Assembly (NCBI GenBank): GCA_950097015.1
Contig: CATNEN010000011.1
Location: 3,038,001-3,102,000, forward strand
Direction: 5' to 3'
Source of the DNA: Macrostomum hystrix
Lineage: Eukaryota > Animalia > Platyhelminthes
DNA length: 64,000 nucleotides
The position numbers and the translations under genes were made by a program. Of the stretch, positions 47,971 to 59,367 are shown piece after piece. A model generated the notes under the pieces. That model did no database searches, was not told where the DNA came from, and was given only the letters and a program-made list of their open reading frames with translations. Every line of letters begins with the position of its first letter. The first letter of the stretch is position 1.

Positions 47971-48346
47971 TGCAGCAGGAGAGGTAGAAGGAATCGAAGG
48001 AGAGGTAGAAGGAATCGAAGGAGAGGTAGAAGGAATCGAAGGAGAGGTAGAAGGAATCGAAGGAGAGGTAGAAGGACTCGAAGGAGAGGTAGAAGGACTC
48101 GAAGGAGAGGTAGAAGAAATCGAAGGAGAGTTAGAAGGAATCGAAGGAGAGGTAGAAGGAATCGAAGGAGAGGTAGAAGGAATCGAAGGAGAGGTAGAAG
48201 GAATCGCAGGAGAGGTAGAAGGAATCGAAGGAGAGGTAGAAGGAATCACAGGAGAGGTTGAATGAATCGAAGGAGAGGTAGAAGGAATCGCAGGAGAGGT
48301 AGAAGGAATCGCAGGAGAGGTAGAAGGAATCACAGGAGAGGTTGAA
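47971..48346 (+). repeat. 21-bp minisatellite, arm C, related to arm A (zinc-finger intron 2)
   Basis: Unit GAGGTAGAAGGAATCGAAGGA shares GTAGAAGGAATCG with arm A. Confidence 0.95.
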
Positions 48347-48396
48347 TGAATCGTCTCAGAATACACAGGGTGAGAATGTACATTTACAGTGTGCTT

Positions 48397-48806
48397 TTGT
48401 ACATCTAGTGTTTACTTATGAACATCTAGTGTGTGCTTATGTACATCTAGTGTTTACTTATGAACATCTAGTGTGTGCTTATGTACATCTAGTGTTTACT
48501 TATGTACACCTAGTGTGTGGTTATGTACATCTAGTGTGTGGCGCTCGTACACCTAGTGTGTGGTTATGTACATCTAGTGTGTGGCGCTCGTACATCTAGT
48601 GTGTGGTTATGTACATCTAGTGTGTGGCGCTCGTACATCTAGTGTGTGGTTATGTACATCTAGTGTGTGGCGCTCGTACATCTAGTGTGTGGTTATGTAC
48701 ATCTAGTGTGTGGTTATGTACATCTAGTATGTGGTTATGTACATCTAGTGTGTGGTTATGTACATGTGTGTGGTTATGTACATCTAGTGTGTGCTTATGT
48801 ACATCT
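48397..48806. repeat. 21/22-bp minisatellite just upstream of the zinc-finger exon-3 acceptor
   Basis: Unit TGTACATCTAGTGTGTGGTTA. Confidence 0.94.
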
Positions 48807-48844
48807 AAAGTTTGTGATTCTCAGTTCCGATCTCGCGTTCGCAG

Positions 48845-49428
48845 GCGACAAGCCGTACTGGTGCGGAGGCTGCGGCGCCTCCTTCACGCAGGGCAGCTCT
48901 CTGAAGCTGCACATCCGCAGTCGGCATCAGGACAACATGGCTTATTTCTCGCTTAATAAGAAGTTGGGCAAGAACAATCTGACTCGCTTGTGGCAACGAG
49001 TACTACGTTACGAGCGAGTCGGGACTAGCGACATTGGCGATATGAATCAGCAGCAGCAGCAGCGGCAAGACTCTCTTCTGCTACTAGGAGCAGTGAAGAC
49101 TGAACAGGGGGACGCCGAAACAAAGTCTTCTGGGGCGGAGGTTTGCGAACGATCCACTATGACGGAGATTCACGGAGACCTGTTGCCGTCAACTCTGCTG
49201 CAGCAACAGGGGACCACACCGCTGAGCCAACTGGCAGTCGAGAACCAAAGACTTCGGATTGAGCTGCGAGAGGCTCGACAGACGGCTGCCCGGCTCCTGA
49301 CTGCCGCGTTCGCTCAACTGCCGGCCACGTCGTCCGGACAGCAGGGCGGAGCTGGAGGCAGCTTCAGCAGGTTTCTAGGCCTTCCGCAGCAACTGCAGCA
49401 GCAACAGCAGCAGCAGCAGCAGCAGTGA
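48845..49428 (+). CDS. C2H2 zinc-finger transcription factor, exon 3 (finger 3 and C-terminus)
   Basis: Acceptor ttcgcag|GC, phase 1, completes the TGDKPY linker. Then CGGCGASFTQGSSLKLHIRSRH, the segment DNMAYFSLNKKLGKNNLTRLWQRVL, a coiled-coil-like stretch and terminal polyQ. Stop TGA at 49426-49428. Confidence 0.9.
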
Positions 49429-49547
49429 TCAATGCTTTAAACAAATCATTACTGCAACACATTTGTGTACTGCAATTTTTTTCTCATCGTCATGCCTGTC
49501 GCACAATGTTCTATGGTGTCATCACCTTTAGTCCAGTGCTAATAGCT

Positions 49548-51273
49548 TCAGACAAGAATCTGACCTGTTAGACAAGAATCTGACCTGTTAGACAAGAATC
49601 TGACCTGTTAGACAAGAAATTCAAATGTAATTTGATTATAGCCGTATTAGGATGTTTTGTAGACCTAGTATTTTTTTTAAACATTTTGTGCAAATAAAAA
49701 ACATACAATACATCCATGAAGAAATCAAACATTATTGTTCATAATCTCCTCTAAACCATTGTTAATCACAAATTGGTAACGACATTTAGGCGAATACCAA
49801 TGTACTCAAATTAATTGATAAATTAATGTTCTGAAATATATTCTAGTAAATTAGAAAACATTCAGTTCTCTTTTCTGATATTTTCTTTACGACAATATGA
49901 CGTTTTAAAAAATGATCTTGCATGTTAGACAAGAATCTGACCTGTTAGACAAGAATCTGACCTGTTCGACAAGAATCTAACCTGTTAGACAATAATCTGA
50001 CATGTTAGACAAGAAGCTGACCTGTTAGACAAGAATCTGACATGTTAGACAATAATCTAACCTGTTAGACAAGAATCTGAAATGTTCGACAAGAATCTAA
50101 CCTGTTAGACAAGAATCTGACATGTTAGACAAGAAGCTGACCTGTTAGACAAGAATCTGACCTGTTAGACAAGCATCTGACATGTTAGACAATAATCTGA
50201 CATGTTAGACAAGAAGCTGACCTGTTAGACAAGAATCTGACCTGTTAGACAAGCATCTGACATGTTAGACAATAATCTAACCTGTTAGACAAGAATCTGA
50301 CATGTTAGACAAGAAGCTGACATGTTAGACAATAATCTAACCTGTTAGACAAGAAGCTGACATGTTAGACAATAATCTAACCTGTTAGACAAGAATCTGA
50401 CATGTTAGACAAGAATCTGACCTGTTAGACAAGAATCTGACATGTTAGACAAGAATCTGACCTGTTAGACAAGAATCTGACATGTTAGACAAGAATCTGA
50501 CATGTTAGACAAGAATCTGACCTGTTAGACAAGAATCTGACATGTTAGACAATAATCTAACCTGTTAGACAAGAATCTGAAATGTTCGACAAGAATCTAA
50601 CCTGTTAGACAAGAATCTGACATGTTAGACAAGAATCTGACCTGTTAGACAAGAATCTGACATGTTAGACAAGAATCTGACCTGTTAGACAAGCATCTGA
50701 CATGTTAGACAATAATCTGACATGTTAGACAAGAAGCTGACCTGTTAGACAAGAATCTGACCTGTTAGACAAGCATCTGACATGTTAGACAATAATCTAA
50801 CCTGTTAGACAAGAATCTGACATGTTAGACAAGAAGCTGACATGTTAGACAATAATCTAACCTGTTAGACAAGAAGCTGACATGTTAGACAATAATCTAA
50901 CCTGTTAGACAAGAATCTGACATGTTAGACAAGAATCTGACCTGTTAGACAAGAATCTGACATGTTAGACAATAATCTAACCTGTTAGACAAGAATCTGA
51001 CATGTTAGACAAGAATCTGACCTGTTAGACAAGAATCTGACATGTTAGACAAGAAGCTGACATGTTAGACAATAATCTAACCTGTTAGACAAGAAGCTGA
51101 CATGTTAGACAATAATCTGACCTGTTAGACAAGAATCTGACATGTTAGACAAGAAGCTGACATGTTAGACAATAATCTAACCTGTTAGACAAGAAGCTGA
51201 CCTGTTAGACAATAATCTAACCTGTTAGACAAGAAGCTGACCTGTTAGACAATAATCTAACCTGTTAGACAAG
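49548..51273. repeat. 20-bp minisatellite (3 units at about 49548-49617; main array 49920-51273)
   Basis: Unit GTTAGACAAGAATCTGAC(C/A)T; the rare variant AATGTTCGAC recurs at 50081 and 50581. Confidence 0.97.
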
Positions 51274-52354
51274 AACCTCACACTTAGATGCTGAGACTAA
51301 ACTCGTCAAGAAATTTTCTCCATCCAATACTGAATTTGAAAGCTTTGAACTCAAAGCTGAAATTCTTATGCAAATTAGTGCGCACACGCATACATACATA
51401 CAAAAACAAGACATACGCTAGTAAATATAAAATGCATATGTAGTGCATGTTTGCCAATGGTCTAATCCTGACCATATACGCGCGTATATTCTGAGTCTAG
51501 CTATCGTAGGCCTACATGAATAATTCATTTATCCATAACAAATGCCATTTATATTCACTGTGTGTAGACATTGCATTATAATAAATGACGATAATAAAAT
51601 TAATATTATACACGAATCTACAGCTACACAGATATATTAGCGATAGAAAGGGATAGAGAAGGAGAGAGATGGGAGAAGGAGAGGGTGTAACATAAAATTA
51701 GATAAACATGGAAAGCAATTTTTGTTAGTATAATGTAAGATCTGCTATACATACACTAGCACATATACATACATACGAATTTTAGTTTACTGGACTAGTA
51801 CACACGCCATTCGCAAAGCAGTCTGTTTTTTCGTTTGATAGTCATTCCCGTTGTGGAGAAATGAAATATTGAGGAGGAGGCCAGGTTGAGATGGGAGCAG
51901 GGACGAATGGATGTGGCTGAGTATGAACTCACATGTATATACATACATATCATAAGCTAGCTTATGACTCTAGACATAGGAAATCATTATTATTCATGTA
52001 GATATTAGAGATTGTATAATGCAAGCGGAACGTGCATTAGAAAACAGATCAGCTCTATGAGTGCTTGCCACTGACAACGATGTGTATAACCTTACTTAGA
52101 CTAAATTAGCATTGTAGATTTAGTTATAAGACGGCTAATTTATGAATATTTCGGCTAGTAATTTAAATATATAAAATATAAAAAGGCAGATCAGGACTAG
52201 AAGAAACGAATGGAGCTGGAAATTGAGGGAAGAGAGCTCGGAATGTAGGGAATTAAGGGTGATCAGGAAATGTAGGGAGTGAAGGGAGATTCGGAGATGT
52301 AGAGAATGAAGGGGGATGATGAATTAAAGACAATGAATATAGTTCAGGAAATGT

Positions 52355-55300
52355 AGGGAATGAAGGGAGATTCGGAAATGTAGGGTATGAAAGGAGATTC
52401 GGAGATGTAGAGAAAGAAGGGAAATCATGAATTAAAGAGAATAAATAGAGTTCAGGAAATATAGGGTATTAATTGAGATTCGGAAATGTAGGGTATGAAG
52501 GGAGATTCGGAAATGTAGGGTATGAAGGGAGATTCGGTAATGTAGGGAATGAAGGGAGATTCGGAAATGTAGGCAATGAATGGAGATTCGGAAATGTAGG
52601 GAATGAAGGGAGATTCGGAAATGTAGGGTATGAATGGAGATTAGGAAATGTAGGGAATGAATGGAGATTAGGAAATGTAGGGAATGAATGAAGATCAGGA
52701 AAGGTAGGGAATGAAGGGAGATTCGGAAATGTAGGGAATGAAGGGAGATTAGGGAAGGTAGGGAATGAATGGAGATTAGGGAAGGTAGGGAATGAAGGGA
52801 GATTGGAAATGTAGGGTATGAATGGAGATTAGGAAATGTAGGGAATGAATGGAGATCAGGAAATGTAGGGAATGAATGGAGATCAGGAAATGTAGGGAAT
52901 GAATGGAGATCAGGAAATGTAGGGAATGAATGGAGATTAGGAAATGTAGGGAATGAATGGAGATTCGGAAATGTAGGGAATGAATGAAGATTAGGAAATG
53001 TAGGGAATGAATGGAGATCAGGAAATGTAGGGAATGAATGGAGATTAGGGACTGTAGGGAATGAAGGGAGATTCGGAAATGTAGGGAATGAATGGAGATT
53101 AGGAAATGTAGGGAATGAATGGAGATTAGGAAATGTAGGGAATGAATGGAGATCAGGAAATGTAGGGAATGAATGGAGATTAGGAAATGTAGGGAATGAA
53201 TGGAGATTAGGAAATGTAGGGAATGAATGGAGATTAGGGACTGTAGGGAATGAATGGAGATTCGGAAATGTAGGGAATGAATGGAGATTCGGAAATGTAG
53301 GGAATGAATGGAGATCAGGAAATGTAGGGAATGAATGGAGATCAGGAAATGTAGGGAATGAATGGAGATCAGGAAATGTAGGGAATGAATGGAGATTAGG
53401 GACTGTAGGGAATGAAGGGAGATTCGGAAATGTAGGGAATGAATGGAGATCAGGAAATGTAGGAAATGAATGGAGATCAGGAAATGTAGGGAATGAAGGG
53501 AGATTAGGGACTGTAGGGAATGAAGGGAGATTCGGAAATGTAGGGAATGAATGGAGATCAGGAAATGTAGGGAATGAATGGAGATCAGGAAATGTAGGGA
53601 ATGAATGGAGATCAGGAAATGTAGGGAATGAAGGGAGATTAGGGAAGGTAGGGAATGAATGGAGATCAGGAAATGTAGGGAATGAATGGAGATCAGGAAA
53701 TGTAGGGAATGAATGGAGATCAGGAAATGTAGGGAATGAATGGAGATTAGGGAAGGTAGGGAATGAAGGGAGATTAGGAAATGTAGGGAATGAATGGAGA
53801 TTCGGAAATGTAGGGAATGAATGGAGATTAGGAAATGTAGGGAATGAATGGAGATTCGGAAATGTAGGGAATGAAGGGAGATTCGGAAATGTAGGGTATG
53901 AATGGAGATTAGGAAATGTAGGGAATGAATGGAGATCAGGAAATGTAGGGAATGAATGGAGATCAGGAAATGTAGGGAATGAATGGAGATCAGGAAATGT
54001 AAGGAATGAATGGAGATTAGGAAATGTAGGGAATGAATGGAGATTCGGAAATGTAGGGAATGAATGGAGATTCGGAAATGTAGGGAATGAAGGGAGATTC
54101 GGAAATGTAGGGTATGAATGGAGATTAGGAAATGTAGGGAATGAATGGAGATCAGGAAATGTAGGGAATGAATGGAGATCAGGAAATGTAGGGAATGAAT
54201 GGAGATCAGGAAATGTAGGGAATGAATGGAGATTAGGAAATGTAGGGAATGAATGGAGATTCGGAAATGTAGGGAATGAATGAAGATTAGGAAATGTAGG
54301 GAATGAATGGAGATCAGGAAATGTAGGGAATGAATGGAGATTAGGGACTGTAGGGAATGAAGGGAGATTCGGAAATGTAGGGAATGAATGGAGATTAGGA
54401 AATGTAGGGAATGAATGGAGATTAGGAAATGTAGGGAATGAATGGAGATCAGGAAATGTAGGGAATGAATGGAGATTCGGAAATGTAGGGAATGAATGGA
54501 GATCAGGAAATGTAGGGAATGAATGGAGATTAGGGACTGTAGGGAATGAAGGGAGATTAGGAAATGTAGGGAATGAATGGAGATTCGGAAATGTAGGGAA
54601 TGAATGGAGATTCGGAAATGTAGGGAATGAATGGAGATCAGGAAATGTAGGGAATGAATGGAGATCAGGAAATGTAGGGAATGAATGGAGATTAGGGACT
54701 GTAGGGAATGAAGGGAGATTCGGAAATGTAGGGAATGAATGGAGATCAGGAAATGTAGGAAATGAATGGAGATCAGGAAATGTAGGGAATGAAGGGAGAT
54801 TAGGGAAGGTAGGGAATGAATGGAGATTCGGAAATGTAGGGAATGAATGGAGATCAGGAAATGTAGGGAATGAATGGAGATTCGGAAATGTAGGGAATGA
54901 ATGGAGATTCGGAAATGTAGGGAATGAATGGAGATTCGGAAATGTAGGGAATGAATGGAGATTCGGAAATGTAGGGAATGAATGGAGATCAGGAAATGTA
55001 GGGAATGAATGGAGATTCGGAAATGTAGGGAATGAATGGAGATCAGGAAATGTAGGGAATGAATGGAGATTAGGGAATGTAGGGAATGAATGGAGATCAG
55101 GAAATGTAGGGAATGAATGGAGATTAGGGAATGTAGGGAATGAATGGAGATTAGGGACTGTAGGGAATGAATGGAGATTAGGGACTGTAGGGAATGAATG
55201 GAGATTAGGGACTGTAGGGAATGAATGGAGATTAGGGACTGTAGGGAATGAATGGAGATTAGGGACTGTAGGGAATGAATGGAGATTAGGGACTGTAGGG

Positions 55301-55385
55301 AATGAATGGAGATTAGGGAATGTAGGGAATGAATGGAGATTAGGGACTGTAGGGAATGAATGGAGATTAGGGACTGTAGGGAATA
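52355..55385. repeat. 27-bp purine-rich satellite (~3 kb)
   Basis: Unit GGAAATGTAGGGAATGAATGGAGAT(C/T)A, with degenerate copies from about 52230. Confidence 0.98.
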
Positions 55386-56129
55386 GAGACCAGGAAATGT
55401 AAATAAGAGTGGAGATCAGGAGCCATAGGGTCGGGCATTAGGCAAACAAAAACTACAATCGTTTGTGATAAAAGTTATTTTAAGAAACATTCGGTCGACA
55501 CACAATTGTAATGTTTATAATTATACCTATGAAGTAATCAAGCATATAAATTAGTTTATTTATTTAAAACAGAACACGAGAGAGCAAACTGACAGGCTTG
55601 AATCTCATTGGCTGATTTGTTTAACCGGTTAGTTTTTTCCGAATCGATTTTTTAAATAGTCAGCAACTGACAATTGGACATAAATTGGGAATAAAAACCA
55701 CGAAGTCAATAGCGAATTTTCGTCAAACAACCTAGAAATCTAAGACTGAGCAGCAAAAATTAAGTTAAACTCAGGCGCTAATAAATGCGGCTGAGTTTAT
55801 TGGGGCATTTTCCACCTAGGAAATATTAAACAAAGGTTTGCTGAGTTAGAACTAGAGCTAGCTCTGCATAGACAATGTGGGTCAGATATAAAAATGACAG
55901 GATTTTTTAGGTCTTAAATCAAAGATAGGAGAAGTGCGGTAGCAGTGTACAAAATAGTATTCTTTTTTCAAATTTTGAAAGGCAAGCAGCAAAGAAATGA
56001 GGGACACGAAATACTTGCTTTAAGGGGAGAATTCGATGGGAATAAACGGGAGAAAAGACAGAGGGTAGAGGGCGAGGGAAGAAGACAATGGTATATAAAG
56101 GGGTAGAATTCAAGCGGAATAAAACAGCG

Positions 56130-56730
56130 GGAAAAAGACATGGGGAAGAAGACATAGGGAAGAAGACAAGGGGAAGAAGACAAGCGAGAAGAAGACATGG
56201 GGAAGAAGACATAGGGAAGAATACATAGGGAAGAATACATAGGGAAGAAGACATAGGGAAGAAGACAAGGGGAAGAAGACATGGGGTGAGAAGACAAAGG
56301 GAAGAAAATCAGAGGAAGAAGACATGGGGAAGAAGACATAGGGAAGAAGACATAGGGAAGAATACATAGGGAAGAATACATAGGGAAGAAGACATAGGGA
56401 AGAAGACACAGGGAAGAATACATAGGGAAGAATACATAGGGAAGAAGACATGGGGAAGAAGACAAGGGGAAGAAGACAAGGGGAAGAAGACATGGGGTGA
56501 GAAGACAAAGGGAAGAAAATCAGAGGAAGAAGACATGGGGAAGAAGACATGGGCAAGAACACATGGGGAAGAAGACATGGGGAAGAAGACATGGGCAAGA
56601 AGACAAGGGGAAGAAGACATGGGCAAGAAGACATGGGGAAGAAGACATGGGGAAGAAGACATGGGCAAGAAGACAAGGGGAAGAAGACATGGGCAAGAAG
56701 ACATGGGGAAGAAGACATGGGGAAGAAGAC
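56130..56730. repeat. 15-bp purine-rich minisatellite
   Basis: Unit GAAGAAGACAT(G/A)GGG. Confidence 0.95.
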
Positions 56731-57179
56731 AATGGAAGGAAGACAAGGGATGAAAAGCAAGTAAACAGACAGCTAATGAGTCAGGAAATGTGTATGACAA
56801 GCCTGGAAAGCAATTATTCAATAGAACAGGGCAGTCGGTAGTTACACATGCAAGTTTTAGAATACATCTGCACAGAGCATGCCAGAATAACAAGAGAATA
56901 TTTATAAATAAAGTAAAAACTAGAGCAACAGTTGAGGCAATAAGAATTTGTCATACATCTCAAAAAGAGAATATGTACTTTTAGAGCAAAGCATTTAGAC
57001 AAAGTTGCGTTAAGTTAAATGTTAAAGAACACGCCACTTTCAACATTAAATTTTTACACTACACAAATTTTTAAGCTTAAATGCTACTGTCAGTACGAGT
57101 AATGTGTAGAACATTTTTAACATTCCTGCTTAAAAAGCACATATAAATTTTAAGGGGCAAAAGTAGAAGGATTTTCAAA

Positions 57180-57966
57180 GGGGTAGAACTGGAAAGACTG
57201 TGGAGGGGTGGAACTAGAAGAATAGCAAAGGAGTAGAACTAAAAGCCGAGGGGTAGAAATAGAAGAATAGTAGAGGGGTAGAACTTGAAGGATAGCAGAG
57301 GGGTAGAACTAGAATGGTTGCAGATGGGGTAGAACTAGAAGGGTTGCAGAGGGGTAGAACTAGAAGGGCTTCAGATGGGGTAGAACTAGAAGAATAGCAG
57401 ATGGGTAGAACTAGAAGGGTTGCAGAGGGGTAGAACTAGAAGGGTTGCAGAGGGGTAGAACTAGAAGGGTTTCAGATGGGGTAGAACTAGAAGGATTGCA
57501 GATGGGGTAGAACTAGAATGGTTGCAGATGGGGTAGAACTAGAATGGTTGCAGATGGGGTAGAACTAGAAGAATAGCAGATGGGGTAGAACTAGAATGGT
57601 TGCAGATGGGGTAGAACCAGAAGGATTGCAGAGGGGTAGAACTAGAAGGATTTCAGATGGGGTAGAACTAGAAGGATTTCAGATGGGGTAGAACTAGAAG
57701 AATAGCAGATGGGTAGAACTAGAAGGGTTGCAGAGGGGTGGAACTAGAAGGGTTGCAGAGGGGTAGAACTAGAAGCCGAGGGGTAGAAAAAGAAGAATAC
57801 CAGAGGGGTAGAACTAGAATGGTTGCAGAGGGGTAGAACTAGAAGAATAGCAGAGGGGTAGAACTAGAAGAATTGCAGAGGGGTAGAACTAGAAGAATAG
57901 CAGAGGGGTAGAACTAGAAGAATAGCAGAGGGGTAGAACTAGAAGAATAGCAGAGGGGTAGAACTA
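57180..57966. repeat. 25-bp minisatellite immediately downstream of the UBE2M stop
   Basis: Unit GGGGTAGAACTAGAAGAATAGCAGA. Confidence 0.95.
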
Positions 57967-58011
57967 AAAGCGCGAGTACTAACGATGCCTAAAATGATAA
58001 AAGCGGCGCAT

Positions 58012-58155
58012 TCACTTAAGCAGACACTTCTCAAAATAGTCCTCTCCAACGTAGCCGCCTCTCATAGATCTGAGCACATTCTGCTCAAACAGTCGGCGAT
58101 TCGATTTTAAAACCTCGGCCGCTTCGCGATTTAACGGATCGTCCGGATTCGGCTC
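58012..58155 (-). CDS. UBE2M: NEDD8-conjugating enzyme Ubc12, exon 3
   Basis: Acceptor ctccag|GAG. Reads [47 protein letters not shown]. Confidence 0.95.
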   Translation of the reverse strand, partial: EPNPDDPLNREAAEVLKSNRRLFEQNVLRSMRGGYVGEDYFEKCLLK

Positions 58156-58371
58156 CTGGAGTGTTGGCGTGGGGAGGAACTGTGACTGAGTTGTTTTTAA
58201 TGATTTTCTGAGCACACTACTGCTTAGTTCCTATCAACTACTCATTAGACGACAGAAAATATCAAGGAATTTGACTGATTTGATCGAGTATTTACTAATC
58301 GAAGAGAGTGGATAAAGATAATAAGGAAGTTGATTGAGAAAAATGGTAAGCGGGTATAAATTATTGGGAAG

Positions 58372-58720
58372 TGGATAGAGATAATGAAATAGTTGATAGA
58401 GATAATGAAATAGGGGGAGGAGATAATGGAATAGTGGAAAGAAATAATGAAATAGTGGATAGAGATAATGGAATAGGGGGAGGAGATTATGGAATAGTGG
58501 ATAGAGATAATGGAATAGGGGGAGGAGATTATGGAATAGTGGATAGAGATAATGGAATAGGGGGAGGAGATTATGGAATAGTGGATAGAGATTATGGAAT
58601 AGTGGATAGAGATAATGGAATAGTGGATAGAGATAATGGAATAGTGGATAGAGATAATGGAATAGTGGATAGAGATAATGGAATAGTGGATAGAGATAAT
58701 GGAATAGTGGATACCGATAA
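58372..58720. repeat. 21-bp minisatellite (UBE2M intron 2)
   Basis: Unit GTGGATAGAGATAATGGAATA. Confidence 0.94.
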
Positions 58721-58822
58721 CGAGAAAATTAACAGAGTTGAAGGGGAAATCGGATAGAAATAAATAGAATCAGAGTAAGTGGGTAGACCCATCAGGAGCT
58801 CAGGAATCAAAAGTCAAGGCAC

Positions 58823-59127
58823 CTGGAACAGCAGCTGCAGGCCATAGATGACGGAGTTGATTGACAGCACAGGTTTCCAGTCCTCGCGCAGTACATTTAG
58901 ACAGACATTGCCTTCCAGGTCAATATTTGGATGGTAGACTTTAGTTTCGCATTTCACTTTAGGCGCCTCGTGCGGATACTGATCAGTGACGTGGAAGTTA
59001 AAGACAAACAAACCGCCTTTGTAGAAGCCCTCATCTGGCGCGATTGCCAACTTGAAGTTCATCAGATCGTTGGGATTCGGGTAGGTCAGCCGGATGCAGC
59101 GGTTCTTGGCATCGATGTCAGACAAGT
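58823..59127 (-). CDS. UBE2M: NEDD8-conjugating enzyme Ubc12, exon 2 (UBC catalytic core)
   Basis: Acceptor tgcag|[14 protein letters not shown] and [36 protein letters not shown] with the catalytic Cys. Donor CAG|gtgcct, phase 0. Confidence 0.95.
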
Positions 59128-59276
59128 CTGCATTTTAAAGATTGGCAGACAGAAATTAATGACAGGCTTTAAATTAAGGTTCTGCAACTTATTGTTAGTG
59201 ACAGAGTGGTAATGAGAGCTAGGCGTCTATTTTATCTATCTGATATGTTAAAAAATAAATACACAATTCCTTTTAC

Positions 59277-59367
59277 CTTTCTGAACTCTGAGATAAGCAG
59301 GCGAGCTCTTAGAAGTGGCCTTGCTAGCATTCTTGTTCTCTTGAGACTTTTTGTGCAAATTTAACAT
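59277..59367 (-). CDS. UBE2M: NEDD8-conjugating enzyme Ubc12, exon 1 of 3 (59367-59277, 59127-58823, 58155-58012; 179 aa)
   Basis: MLNLHKKSQENKNASKATSKSSPAYLRVQK resembles the Ubc12 N-terminal extension (S.A.LR.QKD). Donor G|gtaaaa, phase 1. Confidence 0.85.

Noticed and set aside
52355-58720. Repeat strand composition tracking transcription direction (pyrimidine-rich on the sense strand)
   Set aside because: Holds for several arrays but is contradicted by G- or purine-rich sense-strand arrays at 1-519, 23.1 kb, 33-35.8 kb, 45.6 kb and 48 kb.
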